Positions 52,476 to 64,000 of a DNA stretch of 64,000 nucleotides are shown piece by piece. Source of the DNA: Oculina patagonica (lineage: Eukaryota); assembly GCF_052425735.1 (NCBI RefSeq), contig NC_135761.1, forward strand, positions 18,786,001 through 18,850,000. The letters are read 5' to 3'. The translations under genes were made by a program, and so were the position numbers. The notes beneath the pieces are model-generated. The model saw only the letters and a program-made list of their open reading frames with translations, had not been told where the DNA came from and did not search any database. The stretch's first letter is position 1, and every line of letters begins with the position of its first letter.

Positions 52476-55400
52476 TTACAATAGAATATTACATTACTGA
52501 TAAGGTTTATGACAGTTGCTTTGTCTTTATACAATAAGATTGGAGATTTTGAGTTCCTGTTACGTTGAGTCGAACAAATAAAAAGTTATTTTCGGGGTCA
52601 AAATTACGCTATGGTTTTCACAAAGAAACCACGAAGAGTTTTTTAAATACGCAAAAAAATTGGTTGATTGATACTTATCAGTTCACTAGCAAGTCCCAGA
52701 TTGAATTTTTTGTCTGTGTACACTTAAACGAGCGATCTGAGTAAGAAACTTTTAGTTCGCAGTGCTTCATCTTGAAAGGAAAAATAAAATAAAAATAAAT
52801 CACATTAATTGTCACAAGACCAGAGCCGCTAAATTGAGAGAATATTTTTATGCAGACATTATTGATTTTGAAACCGTTAACAGTGTGTTTCCTTCCAATG
52901 AGATATTTTACATTAAAAGATTCATGGCGCTTTGCTCGCTGTTAATTGTTCATATCTCACGAGTTTATTTGGTTTCTTGATTTTTTTATTATTTAACGTC
53001 ATGTATATTTCTGTTTTTACTCAAACGACGATATTTACTTTGCGCAACTAGTTGTAAAAACGTTTCTTTTCGCGAAAAGGTTGAAATCATTTTGTAGAAT
53101 CACTGCATCATTTTTTTGAGCTTGATATATAATTTCAGACTTTCGATTGATTAATCTTTTTTATTATGTTGCCTCAGTGTAGTGGATGTTGGTCTTGTCT
53201 GGTAAATTGAAAGAACTGAAGTGAAACATTTTTGAAATAAATCAAACCAAGGTGACATAAACTAGTGGTACGTCTCTGTTAAGACCTTTATTTGTAGAAA
53301 TACGGAAATAAAAAAAATGGATTGCAAAATAGACCCTTTCGGTACTGAGATACAATTGCGCTTGACGTGAGACTAAAAAATGTCGTATTAAAGAGTTGAC
53401 GTCGGTTTTAGAACAACGCGGCATACAAATGCTTCTCTCGGCGAAAATATTCATTTCAGTCGATCATCATAGTAAATGCTATTGTGAACCACTGCATCAT
53501 TTTGTTATTAGCATGAATCTATAATTTCACATTTCGATTGATTGATATTTTTTCTGTTTCCACAGTGTAGCGGATATTGTTCTCGTCCTCTAAATTGAAA
53601 AAAGTGAAAAAATTTGGAAATAAATCAAACTAGGGTGACATGAATTGTGCGCACATCTCTTTTAAGACCCTCCTTTGTAGAAATACGGAAAAACGTAAAT
53701 TAAAAAAAGAGACCCTTTTGGTACTGAGATACAATTGCGCTCGACGTAGAGGCTGGAAAATGTTGGAGTTGACGTCGGTTTTAGAACAACGCGGGTATAC
53801 ATCTCGGTGAAAATATTCATTTCAGTCGAACATCACTAATTAATCGCTATTCCCTTATTTGATTACTGAAATCCTTCATTTATCTACTGGAATATTTTAT
53901 TTTTCCTACACGCACGAAATCTCTCTCAGGAGGTGTTCTCCTGGAGGCGAACCACTGACCACTGCATGACTCTTCGACCATGCATGAAAAGTGTTTCATG
54001 TAATAATTATCTATTGTAGTGTTTGCTTCGATTGTATTTTTCAATAATTTATTTTAGTTGTTCCTCTCTGTCTTGTGAACGCGGTATACTACCAACGGCC
54101 GGTAGTTTACTTCAGTACTAGATTCGTTTTAGCTTTTCTTCTTAACTTATTTTTTAGTGTTTTCGGCGTGTTTTTCCTTCTTTAGCATGCGAAATTTTTT
54201 TGTTTCACTCATATCGGGAGAACTTAGCTGGCACTTAAGATTTGTCACATCGTTGGTCACAAAAAAAAATATTCTCATTTGCCATTCTTTTCGACTTTTT
54301 TCGCAGTAAATTCTCTTAAATTATTGTAAAACTAGTAGAAGTTGTTGGCAGAACTGGATTTATGTTTGGCGATGTTCTTTCGCGTAAAGGTCGTTGATTT
54401 CGTTTTTCTTCACTTTCTTGCTCGAAACGGTAAGGCGGTGACAAAAAATTGGTTCTGTTGAGTCATAGTGAGCTGTGTTTTCGCCTTTTCAGTTTGTTTA
54501 TAAGATATTCTCTATTGTAAAAGGCATGTGTGTAGAGGCACCAAGCGAAAAAAAATTCTTGTAATGCCCATCCCGCAGATAGATGTCGCCACATTTCTCG
54601 GCTATTCACGCTACATAGACTAGACGGTATTCGTTCGTCACTGTAAAGCGATTTTCGTCTGAGAGATTCTGAGATTAACTGCAGCCGGCTAATAACACCG
54701 AGAATTGAAAATCTGTTCGCTTGTCGTAATGTAACTTTGGTTCGCTATAGACGACTGCATTGGACGTGCGGGTCGTTTATGGTTTTGTATGTTTTAAGCA
54801 TTTGAGAAAAATTAATAAAAAAAGGCTGAGTATCTTAGTAGGAGTCACTTTCGTAAAAACACATTATAGAAATTACATCTCATGATTTATACAAATATTC
54901 ATTTGAGTGGACTTTCTGTGAACTCTAATTTTCGTATCGTTAAAATGGTCGATGCCCCTATGCTCACCAAACCTCTCTCAGGGGGTACTGTTCTCATTCC
55001 TACGAAATCGAATAAACTCCAATCACTGACTTTTCGACCTCATATTTGTGTTTCATGTTACAAACTAGGAGCCACAACCTCTGCAGGGGATGTCTATAGT
55101 AATAATTATTGATTACAGTGTTCGCTTCTAAGTCATATTAACATGATAACTCTCAGCCGACATCTTAAGATTTAGAAGACGTTCTTTCTTAAAAAAAGTC
55201 GTCTCATTTGCCATTTTTTTCGACCTCAATTTTTGCGGACAATTCTCGACAATTTATCTAGATGTATAGTAATTAGAATGCTTAACGGCAGAACAAGATT
55301 TGGTTTATAGTTTTTAGTGATATTAGTGCGCGCAAAGGTCGTATTTCGTTTTTCTTTTTAATTTCTTACTCTAAAATGTTAGTTTGAGACAAAAATATTA

Positions 55401-58120
55401 ATCGTTTTTTGTTGAATGAAGTTAGCCCGTGTCCTAGCGTTTTGGTTTGTTTGAGAGATTTCTTCATTGGAAAAGCAATTTTTGTAGAGGTGCCATATTG
55501 AATTTTTTTTGGTAACGCCTGTCCCGCAGAAGCCGGTCGCCAATTCTCGGTTATTCACAGTGTGGACTCGAGTTGTCGTCACTCAAAAACGATCTTACTC
55601 TGAAGGCTTACTCTGAAGGCTGAGAATGACTGTTGCCGGAATTCGGGTAATATCACTGAGAATTGAATATCGATCTGTTTCCTATGTTTTTGCCTGATCC
55701 TGATAGTACTAAAAATAAACGTTCCCTAAACTTAATTTGGGATTAAGTCGAGTTCCACAACAGGGAAGTCGCATCAGTATGCAAATATTCAGAAAAACGT
55801 CGCAAAATAAAATCTTTGGTAACTATAGCTATATTCATGCACAGTTAACGTACGCCAATGTTATTTACGAGCTACTGACCTGGTTTTGATAATAAGAAAA
55901 AAGGAGAACAATGAAACTTGAAACTTATTAAATAAAAACATGGTTTTAGCATAGCCGAACCATCACAATTTAGCATAAAAAAACTATTGTGATATGGGAC
56001 GAATTACTGAATAATCTTCAAATAAAAAATAACTGGAGGAGTCTCGTTTTAGCTCCTCTCTTTATCACCCTAATCCGAGATCACGCGGCTTAAAACTTTC
56101 ATTAACCGCAAAAAATGTAATTATTCTTTAACAAAGTTTATATAGTTGTGTACTTCAAAGTAACTATAATTAGTTTTCTTTTTCTGAAGGTTTGATTTAA
56201 GAGCTCCTGTTTTGCTTCGCTTGTCAACACAGACGAATTTGACTTGTTTGTCAAAACCCAAATATAAAAATCTCATTCAGCTGGTTCTTAACTTTGCTTA
56301 ATGTCAAAAGGGTACCTCTGCCTTGAAAAAGGATTCGTCATGAAGTGCCGTAAAGTTGATATACTGATGATTGCATTTTATAAAAGAATTGACGTTTCAA
56401 GACAGTCGAATCTTTGGCTTTGTTGATGATTGTTTAGTCCCACGGGTTTGTTTGGTTTCTAAAGGTTTTTCTAATATATAAACCTGTCATCGGATACAAT
56501 TGTACAGGTTTTTCCATAATTTAACGCAGTAAACTGTTACAATGTTTATTTTATTTTTCTTAACCTTTTTGTGAAAACGTTTCTTTTCCTCAAACAAATC
56601 GAATGAATTCAGTACTCTAGATCTGGCAAATCGGTCACTTCAGGCTTCGTATTGCCTGTGACTCCATCTCCGATTGATTGAATATTTTCTTCTTTTGCAA
56701 CCCTGCAATATTAGAATACATAATTGAAATCGAGAAGCGACCAAGTTATGCAAATATCCAGTTTCATCGAAACATCACAAAATAACTCGTTCTTCCAGTT
56801 TCGTCGCCTAGTATCCATATAATTGGTGGAGCTGCTTAATTCTGGTTAACCTCCGTCTCTCTATAAGGCGGAATGATGTTGAGCCTGAATTCAATTATCG
56901 AATTTACTGGCGATCTCAGAGAGACGCGTGTTTGCCATTTATGTACTGACTTATCACCCTCGTGGCGAAAATTGCAGTGTAACAAAATCTCCCGGCCGAT
57001 ATCTATACAAATATCAGTCATTACCAACGAAACATTATCAACGAACATAACCAACAAAATCACATTCTTTTAGGATTTCTAGTTTTTAACAAAAGATGGC
57101 TACAAATGTACAAGGCTGTTATCGACACAATGTATCTCTTAAGAATCGAACTCGGCTGTGAAGGGAAAGGAAAAGAGTACATTGTGATGAGAAAAACACT
57201 CTAACTTGGTAGATTACCTTTTATCATGAAAATCGACAAAATATACATTTATGGACTACGTCAGAAAGTTATATTATATAGAGACGGTACACTCTTGGAT
57301 TGCGAGAAGCTAAAAAAGCTTTAACTGTTTTTCTTTCTTTCAAATGGATTCAAAATTCCACAAAATTAAACAACACGGAGCATGGGCTATACATTTTCCC
57401 ACTGCAAGCATCTCAGTTGAATTGCTTTAGTATTGCGCTAGTATGTGAAGTATGTGTAGGGTTAGGGCTGTGATCAGGCAAATAATTCACTTGTTGACAT
57501 TTTTTTAGTTTATATGTCGTAGTTCGTTCTGTTCGTTTTTTACTTGGCCCTTTTTTAGTCTTATATTTCGATCTCTTAATCAAACACGAAAATATTCAGT
57601 GCAAAATGAGAGTCATCAGTGTACGCGTGGCAAACCTGACTTCAGTTCTTGTGCATATTTTTCGTTTTAGACAATAAAATGTTCACCTTACCTTCGCATC
57701 CTCCTTTCCCCCGCATCCTATTGTCCGTTGACGTAGCAATTCCGGATTTTTTTTATACTACACAGTAAAAATCACACCTTTTGGTCAATTTAGCGCTGCC
57801 TATCACTATTGAACGTAAACTAATGTAGCTTTTAGCCTAGTACCCAGGCGTTCCCTTCCCACTAACTCGTGACATCATGATTACCTATACATTACGTCAC
57901 AACATGTTTCCAGGACCATGCTCGTGCTATTCACTCGGTCTACAACGCAGCCTAAAGGACTAGGACAAGTAGGGATTTATTTCCAGAAGAAAAAAGGCGT
58001 TTGTAGTCGGATGAGCTGTAAAATCAAAATGTTTCGCGCTTTAGAATTCGTAAGTCATGCCAGGAATTACGTATTTGGATTTCTTCCAATAAAAAAAATT
58101 GCATAACATCTGGAAAATAA
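52476..58120. repeat. Segmental duplication: B-upstream spacer, copy 2
   Basis: Colinear with the two copies above; more diverged, with an internal duplication of about 390 bp at 53101-53835. Confidence 0.85.
53101..53835. repeat. Diverged tandem duplication, 2 x about 390 bp
   Basis: cactgcatcatttt...gaaaatattcatttcagtcga occurs from 53101 and again from about 53490. Confidence 0.8.
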
Positions 58121-58932
58121 GTAATTTGGTTGTTTTTGAGTAATGCTTTATGCTCATGTTCCTTTTTTTGATGGATGGTACTATTTCAAAACGGCGCGAA
58201 AACCTGCGAACTGGTCTAGGGTTAATTTGTTGAATCCTTTTGATGAAATTACTAGGTCCACGCTTTAGTTAAGTTCACTGGAGCAAGAGGATTCTTTATG
58301 CTGATAAGCATTTTTCAAGAACAAAAGTTTAGCCTCCCCTCTTACCTTAAAATGAGCTTCATCGGTAACTTAGCCTGCATGTTATCTGTTTCATTTTTTG
58401 TAGTCATTTTTTGCCTTAAGACAGACAGCAGAAAGAAAATGAACAACCCCCTTAAATCACAATAATTAAACAAATATGCTGTAATCAGGGAAATATAAAA
58501 TCCATAGTCCTTAAGGGGTGAAAAACGTCAACGTACTGCAAGATTTAGCAACTTGCACGGCAAAATTACAAAGTAGAATGGAACTAACTAAACCCTGTTG
58601 TCTATTTACCTTTTTCTGGTTTATTTTTTGCCAAAAATGGAAACCGAAATTTCATCTTTTTCTGGAGGATGAGATGAGTTTCGCTATAATGAATGACAAA
58701 CAAACAACAAGAACAACGACAACGACAACTAAACAGAAACATTAAAGCAAAACAAAACTTATATTTCGTTGTCAATCTTCCTGCTTTTTATTTAACATCA
58801 GCAAACGTGAAAACACTAGCTTGCAAAGCACATTTAGTTATCAGAGAAACTACACGTCATTATCATTAGGCAGCTAATCACAGTCCCAGTAGTGTAAGCG
58901 TTTATGCAGGAACGGACGTTTTGTATGGAAAT

Positions 58933-61101
58933 CTAATCCTGAGGTTTGGTAACTTCCTCAACAAAGATCCGGGACACTGCATTAAAGCCTGTATTGGCGT
59001 TAGCGTTTCCATAACTGCGACAATTACCAACCCAGAATCCCACGCGCACCTTTCCTTTGTGGATGTTGTTACAGTGCCCCTCGATATGGCGGACACGGTG
59101 AGGATTTTGAGCCGCTCCCCCCAAATACACAATACCGTCAATTGGCAGGGGAGCTGCACATTCAGCATCGTTGAAAGTGAAATACCAGCGTTTGCAACAG
59201 TTTGTGCAGCTCGTGACTCTAAGGGTTCCAGTCCAGTAAACATGAAGGGATGTGTCGGAGAAGTTCTTGTTAAACACACAGTCCTGTACAAAAATAAAGA
59301 AATTAAAACGCCTTGAACTCTAAAGTTCAAAACCCAACTACCGATTGCGTGTTTTACAGAAACAAACAAAAACAATCTACGAATTAAAACTGACAAACGT
59401 GAATTTTTAAGCCAATGAAGTGAACTTCTATTATTCTAAGAGGTCCTGTTTAATGATTGAAGGAAGCAGAAAACGCAACTGTTGACTAAGCAGAACTTGC
59501 GTGTTAATGAAAGGCGCAGTAAATCTAAATCCAGTTAAGCATGAGGAATTTATCGAATCATTCACCTTTTAACATTTGTTTACGTTCGGTAACTTTTTGA
59601 TGGCTCTGCATGTTAGCTTTGGAATGATAAGCTACTAGGCCCGAACGCAGACTTTACATTTTTTTAAGTTCTGCCCAGATTTGGTCGATACAATTTCCTG
59701 TGTTTATTTTAATGTTAAAGTTGTTGAGAAATGTTAATTTCTCTGCTTTAGTTGATAAACGCTTAAAAATAACCTTGATCAGGCCGTTGTCTTTCTCATC
59801 ATCCACGTTATTCCATGCGCACTCTTTCCAGTTCTTATAAGAAATCATACCAGAAGTGCCGGGGATTGCACTTGTTCCATTCTCTCCTCGCTCCCCTTTT
59901 TGTCCGCTAGGACCCTGGATACCAGGTTCTCCCTTTGGTCCTTGCAATCCTAGAGGTCCCATTGGTCCAGTCATTCCCGGGGCTCCGTGATTTCCGTCAC
60001 GACCATCCCGCCCATCACGTCCGGGTATCCCTTGGGAACCAGGCTTGCCATGTGTGCCGGGTTGACATGCACAACAGAAGGAAGATGGCTTTGAATAAAA
60101 CAACAATTTGTTTATTGTCGGATGGTAAACATGTTGTGTTTCAATTTTATCTTTGGTTCAAATCTTATTTTCCTTTGTTTTAAATTAATTATACATACCT
60201 CACCATACCCCAAAACAAACGAAAATGAAATATGAACCAACACGACATACCATTTCGGAAGTATCTCTGACAACGTATAGTGAGGGTAGTTTGGCGTGCA
60301 TATATTATAGTATCTTAGTTGTTTTAGTCTCACTTAAGGTCGGGACACACTATGCGACAAGTCGCAGCGACGAGTCGCTCCTTGTGCACTGCTTAAAAAC
60401 AAGTCGCTGCGACAAGGTGTTTGTTCAGTGCACAAACAGCGAATTTGGAAGGGTGGGAATGTGAACTATTCTTCCAATTCAATACGGCGAAAATACATGA
60501 CGCTCTCTCATTGGTTAATTTATAATTTGTCGCGGCAACTTGTCGCAGCGATTTGTCGCAGGCGTGTACACACGCTGCGACAACGCTGCTATCTCCCATT
60601 TTGTCGCTGCGATGTGTCGCACGAATTCAAACCAGTTTGAATTCGTGCGACACATCGCAGCGACAAAATTTTGCCTCAGCAACTGGTTTGTCGCACGCGC
60701 AAGAATGCACCGTGTTACACGAGGCGACGTGTCGCAGCAACATGTCGCCGCGACGTGTCGCCTAGTGTGTCCCGACCTTTAACCTTATAGGTTATTTTAA
60801 TACACTTTTTGGACACAAATAATACGCAAGTGGAAGTTAGTGCGAGTCTATAAAAATACTATGTTTGATTTAAATTTTCCTCAAAATTTTGCCTTAGTCC
60901 TTACTGAAAGCGATTAAACCTATTTTAAATGCCATTTTAAACCAAAAAAGGGCCAGTGGATGTCAAAGAAAGTATATGGCTAAAACAATTATATTTACTA
61001 TATGACTTTACCATAGCTTGGTCGCCGGTTTGATTGCCGATGCCGTTTCCAGGAGCAACACAGAGTGTGACCAGCAGCAAGATAGGCAATAAATTTGACA
61101 T
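58933..61101 (-). CDS. Cthrc1: Cthrc1-like secreted short-chain collagen, copy C2, intact, about 251 aa. Exons 61101-61012, 60088-59774, 59283-58933
   Basis: Exon 1 MSNLLPILLLVTLCVAPGNGIGNQTGDQAM|gtaaag; exon 2 PSSFCCACQP + 21 GXY + AIP + 2 GXY + [10 protein letters not shown]; exon 3 ends EEVTKPQD*. Exon lengths 90/315/351 nt. Confidence 0.92.
60337..60778. mobile_element. PIF/Harbinger-type MITE in C2 intron 1
   Basis: TIR aggtcgggacacacta / tagtgtgtcccgacct, TTA TSD on both sides, internal tgtcgc/gcgaca repeats. Confidence 0.88.
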
Positions 61102-61504
61102 GGTGGTGTCTGAGCTGTATGATTTTACCAGTTGACGAAGTGATTTACGATTTCCAGAAGCCTGCGGATAAGAGTATGTTGTAAAATTAGCCTGTGTGGG
61201 CGACGGTAGCTTTGCAAAAGCTGTGTAAACCATGGGTTAGTGGGTTGAGAGTTTTTTGGAGGCAGTTATTACAAAACGCCTGCGGAAGCGAAGTCTCTTT
61301 CAAAGCCGTTCAGGCGTAAAGAACGCAAATGACAGCTGAAAAGAAGACTACGAAATATTTGGCAGAGTAAGTTTGTTGACAAAGAGAATCATGGCATGTG
61401 TACCCTAAAATTGAAAACATCTTTAAAGGTCTGGAACATTTTCCCACGGAGCAGCTTAAAATATCTAATTGCCATTTGACGTTTTTAGGGAACAGTTTGA
61501 AATA

Positions 61505-61747
61505 AGGCTATGTTCACACTTGGTGCCTGGGCATGGTGCCCGAGTACGATTCTCGCTGGGCGCTAAAATGAACATACTGTTTTTTCAAGTGCCCACGCCA
61601 TAATTCGGGCATGGATCCCGTGCTCGAGTACAAGGTCTCGACTCGGGCGCGCACTTAATAGTGTTTTGTTTTTTGTGTGAACACGACGCTATTTTTTAAT
61701 TGCCGGTGCCCAGGTACCAGTGCTCGGGTACGCAGTGTGAACACGGG
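61505..61747. mobile_element. Degenerate Harbinger-like MITE upstream of C2
   Basis: aggctatgttcacact ... agtgtgaacacggg with internal (g)cccgagtac / ctcggg repeats. Confidence 0.6.
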
Positions 61748-61840
61748 ACAGGCAAATCTTTGTAATTACTCTGAAAAACTTAAAGGTACATCTTTGATGT
61801 TTAAATCAATTTATACATCACAAGGTTACTGTTAATTCTT

Positions 61841-62535
61841 ATACCTAATCGTACCTTTTTGGTACGCTTCGGCGGCATATCAGGCGAGTTTGGTCGAGCC
61901 ATGGTTCGTATTTTGGCGAGACGCAGTCGAGCCAAAATACCCATGGCGAGACCAAACGAGCTTGATATGCCGCCGAAGCGTACCAAAAGGTACTATTAGG
62001 TATTTACCGTACCCAAATTCAGCCAAAAATCCGGTGATATTATTCGCTCTGTCGAAGCCATGCTTGCCAAACACGTAGTGCAAAATGTGTTGACCTGCTT
62101 GTATTGATACTTTTTTGGCCTTCAACACTTTTATCAAGCCCTCTTCTCACATTTTTTTACTCGTTTGTTTGGAGTTTCATTCCCTAAATTTTCAAAATCC
62201 AAATGCAGCAAAAAATTTGGAAACTCCGACTCCATTGTTTCAGTGTGAATGTTTCAGTACTCGTCGGCAAACATCGCGCAATTGGCGAGCGCGCTCAAGT
62301 TTAGTTTTGGCGGGAAAGTTTTTCTCATTTTACGACCGGTAAGCACCAGCTAATTTAAAATACTCGTTTCTGTTTTATTGGTAAAACCGCTTTTCAATTC
62401 ATAGTACGGAAACACTACTTTAATTCAAAGTGACCGTGATATGGTGGCATATCAGGTCAGTGACTTGATATCGTAGGATATCAGGACAGTAGATCGCGCT
62501 TCTGATTGGCTACTTGCGAATTTGGGTACGGTAAA
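61841..62535. mobile_element. Unclassified non-autonomous element: 163-bp near-perfect hairpin (61841-62003) abutting an 18-bp-TIR unit (62003-62535)
   Basis: Hairpin arms atacctaatcgtacctttttggtacgcttcggcggcatatca / tgatatgccgccgaagcgtaccaaaaggtactattaggtat; TIR tttaccgtacccaaattc / gaatttgggtacggtaaa. Confidence 0.7.
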
Positions 62536-62987
62536 AAAGATAATTATAAGCAATCGCACCTGTACCACTGAGTTATACAGAAAAAATAAATTAACCTGCT
62601 GTGAAATCATGATTGTACAAACTCGAAGGAAATTTGGGATACAAACTTAAAGAAAACGGAGTATAAAGTGGAAAAACGAAGCGACAAAAGATGTCAGAAT
62701 ATTAGAAAACAGGCCCAGAATTGTGAACTACTTCCCGTAACCGGCCTCACACATTCACATGGCACCGCAAATAATATTGTAAGATACCGATTACGTACGT
62801 CCAATAGGTTGAGTAGTAAATTATGCTTACCTAGATGTAGATATTTGCCAAAACGAGTTACTTGATAGTCTGTAAATAAAAGGTTAAATCATCATTTTAC
62901 CCAAGAATACAGGAAACAGAATTAACCTTTCTTGAACCTTCACTGTTGAGGGTGTATCACGCAAACACAAGTGAACTGAGAAGTTAA

Positions 62988-63999
62988 GGTGGCTCCATAG
63001 GGTTTCTTGACCGCGCGAAGAATGGGTACGAGCTTGAAATGCCGGCAAATCAAAACAAACATGGCGGCTTCACGCGAGGGTGAAATTTTCGGCGAGAAAA
63101 CGCGAGACTTGCTTCCTGCCAATGAAACAACACCCGTGCTTTCCTGTGTTGAGCAGATAAAAGAGTTTACAACACCCTAAAAAGGTGTTTACAACGTCCG
63201 CGGTGCTTCTGGTCGCTTTTGTAAAGTTCGTACGATCGAAAGCAAAAGAGAAAATAAAGAATAGTCTCCGCGATTGTGAGATACTTCGAGCAGAATTTCA
63301 GAGATTCTGCTACATAAAGGATTAAAGTATGTCTCTAACTAACCTTTGGGTTAACAGATATTCGCACAAAAACCGACAACAACGGGGAACGCTCGTCTTT
63401 ACACATCAACTCGTATGGTTCGAAAGTTCGCGCATGCTCAAATAGCGATCTTGGACAATTTCTATTCTGATGACGTAATTATTATTCGGGCGAAAATAGA
63501 AATTTTCCCCTGGTATTTACTAGAGTTTCCTTCGGTGAAATTCCTTAAAATTTGGCATAGATGTAATACCTTTTTAACTGCCCCTTTTGCCGTTTTTTTT
63601 TAAAAAATTGTAAGCCAGTTTTTTGGCTAAGTCAAAAAAACACAAAATAACCAAAAACGCAAAAACGACCTGGACAACCCCTACTTTTTTTGTTTTTAAA
63701 AGTTACTTCTCATCACATTCAATCCGTTGGGAGAATTTAAAAAATTTTCACCGAAGAAAATTGAAGAAATTTAAGATCAAAGCCATAAAAACACCAAAAA
63801 ACAGGACTTTTTGAGTAGATATAGCTCAAAAACAAAGGCCGTTATTTTAAAAAAGAATAAAACACAACATATTTTAGTCCTTGTTTTTAATATTTCGGCA
63901 GCTTTTATTTAACTAGTTTAAAAAATAACGCGAAAATGATCTCTTGATGGGTATCACTTGTGCGCGCGCCGTGATATCTCAAAACCCTATGGAGCCACC
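62988..63999. mobile_element. Kolobok-like non-autonomous DNA transposon, about 1.0 kb
   Basis: 18-bp perfect TIR ggtggctccatagggttt / aaaccctatggagccacc; TTAA at 62984-62987; the last base of the window (t) fits the start of the right TSD. Confidence 0.82.
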
Positions 64000-64000
64000 T

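Noticed and set aside
63468-63505. CTGATGA...GAAA possible hammerhead
   Set aside because: No credible stem II and no properly placed UH plus stem I.

Overview
AT-rich metazoan genomic DNA; the repeat landscape suggests an anthozoan such as a stony coral, but that is inference. The window is a tandem array of six minus-strand Cthrc1-like genes. Each has three coding exons joined by phase-0 GT-AG introns: signal peptide; Gly-X-Y collagen plus NWKEC motif; Cys-rich CTHRC1 C-terminal domain. By exons 1-2 and flanking DNA the genes form a duplicated triad A1-B1-C1 / A2-B2-C2 with a period of about 30 kb, and a third copy of the B-upstream spacer at the left edge predicts another B gene just outside the window. 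B1, C1, B2 and C2 are intact (251-273 aa); both A copies carry independent frameshifts. The head exon groups by neighbourhood rather than by A/B/C class, and its differences sit in three variable loops that recur in different combinations, suggesting a recombination-diversified family of secreted collagen-stalk recognition proteins. The spacers hold conserved micro-exon-like units (possible long spliced 5' leaders), a decayed RTE LINE, two Penelope-like insertions with inversions, TSDs and minimal hammerhead ribozymes, a decayed DIRS/Ngaro-like element and many MITEs. All alignments and coordinates were worked out by eye, so repeat boundaries are approximate.
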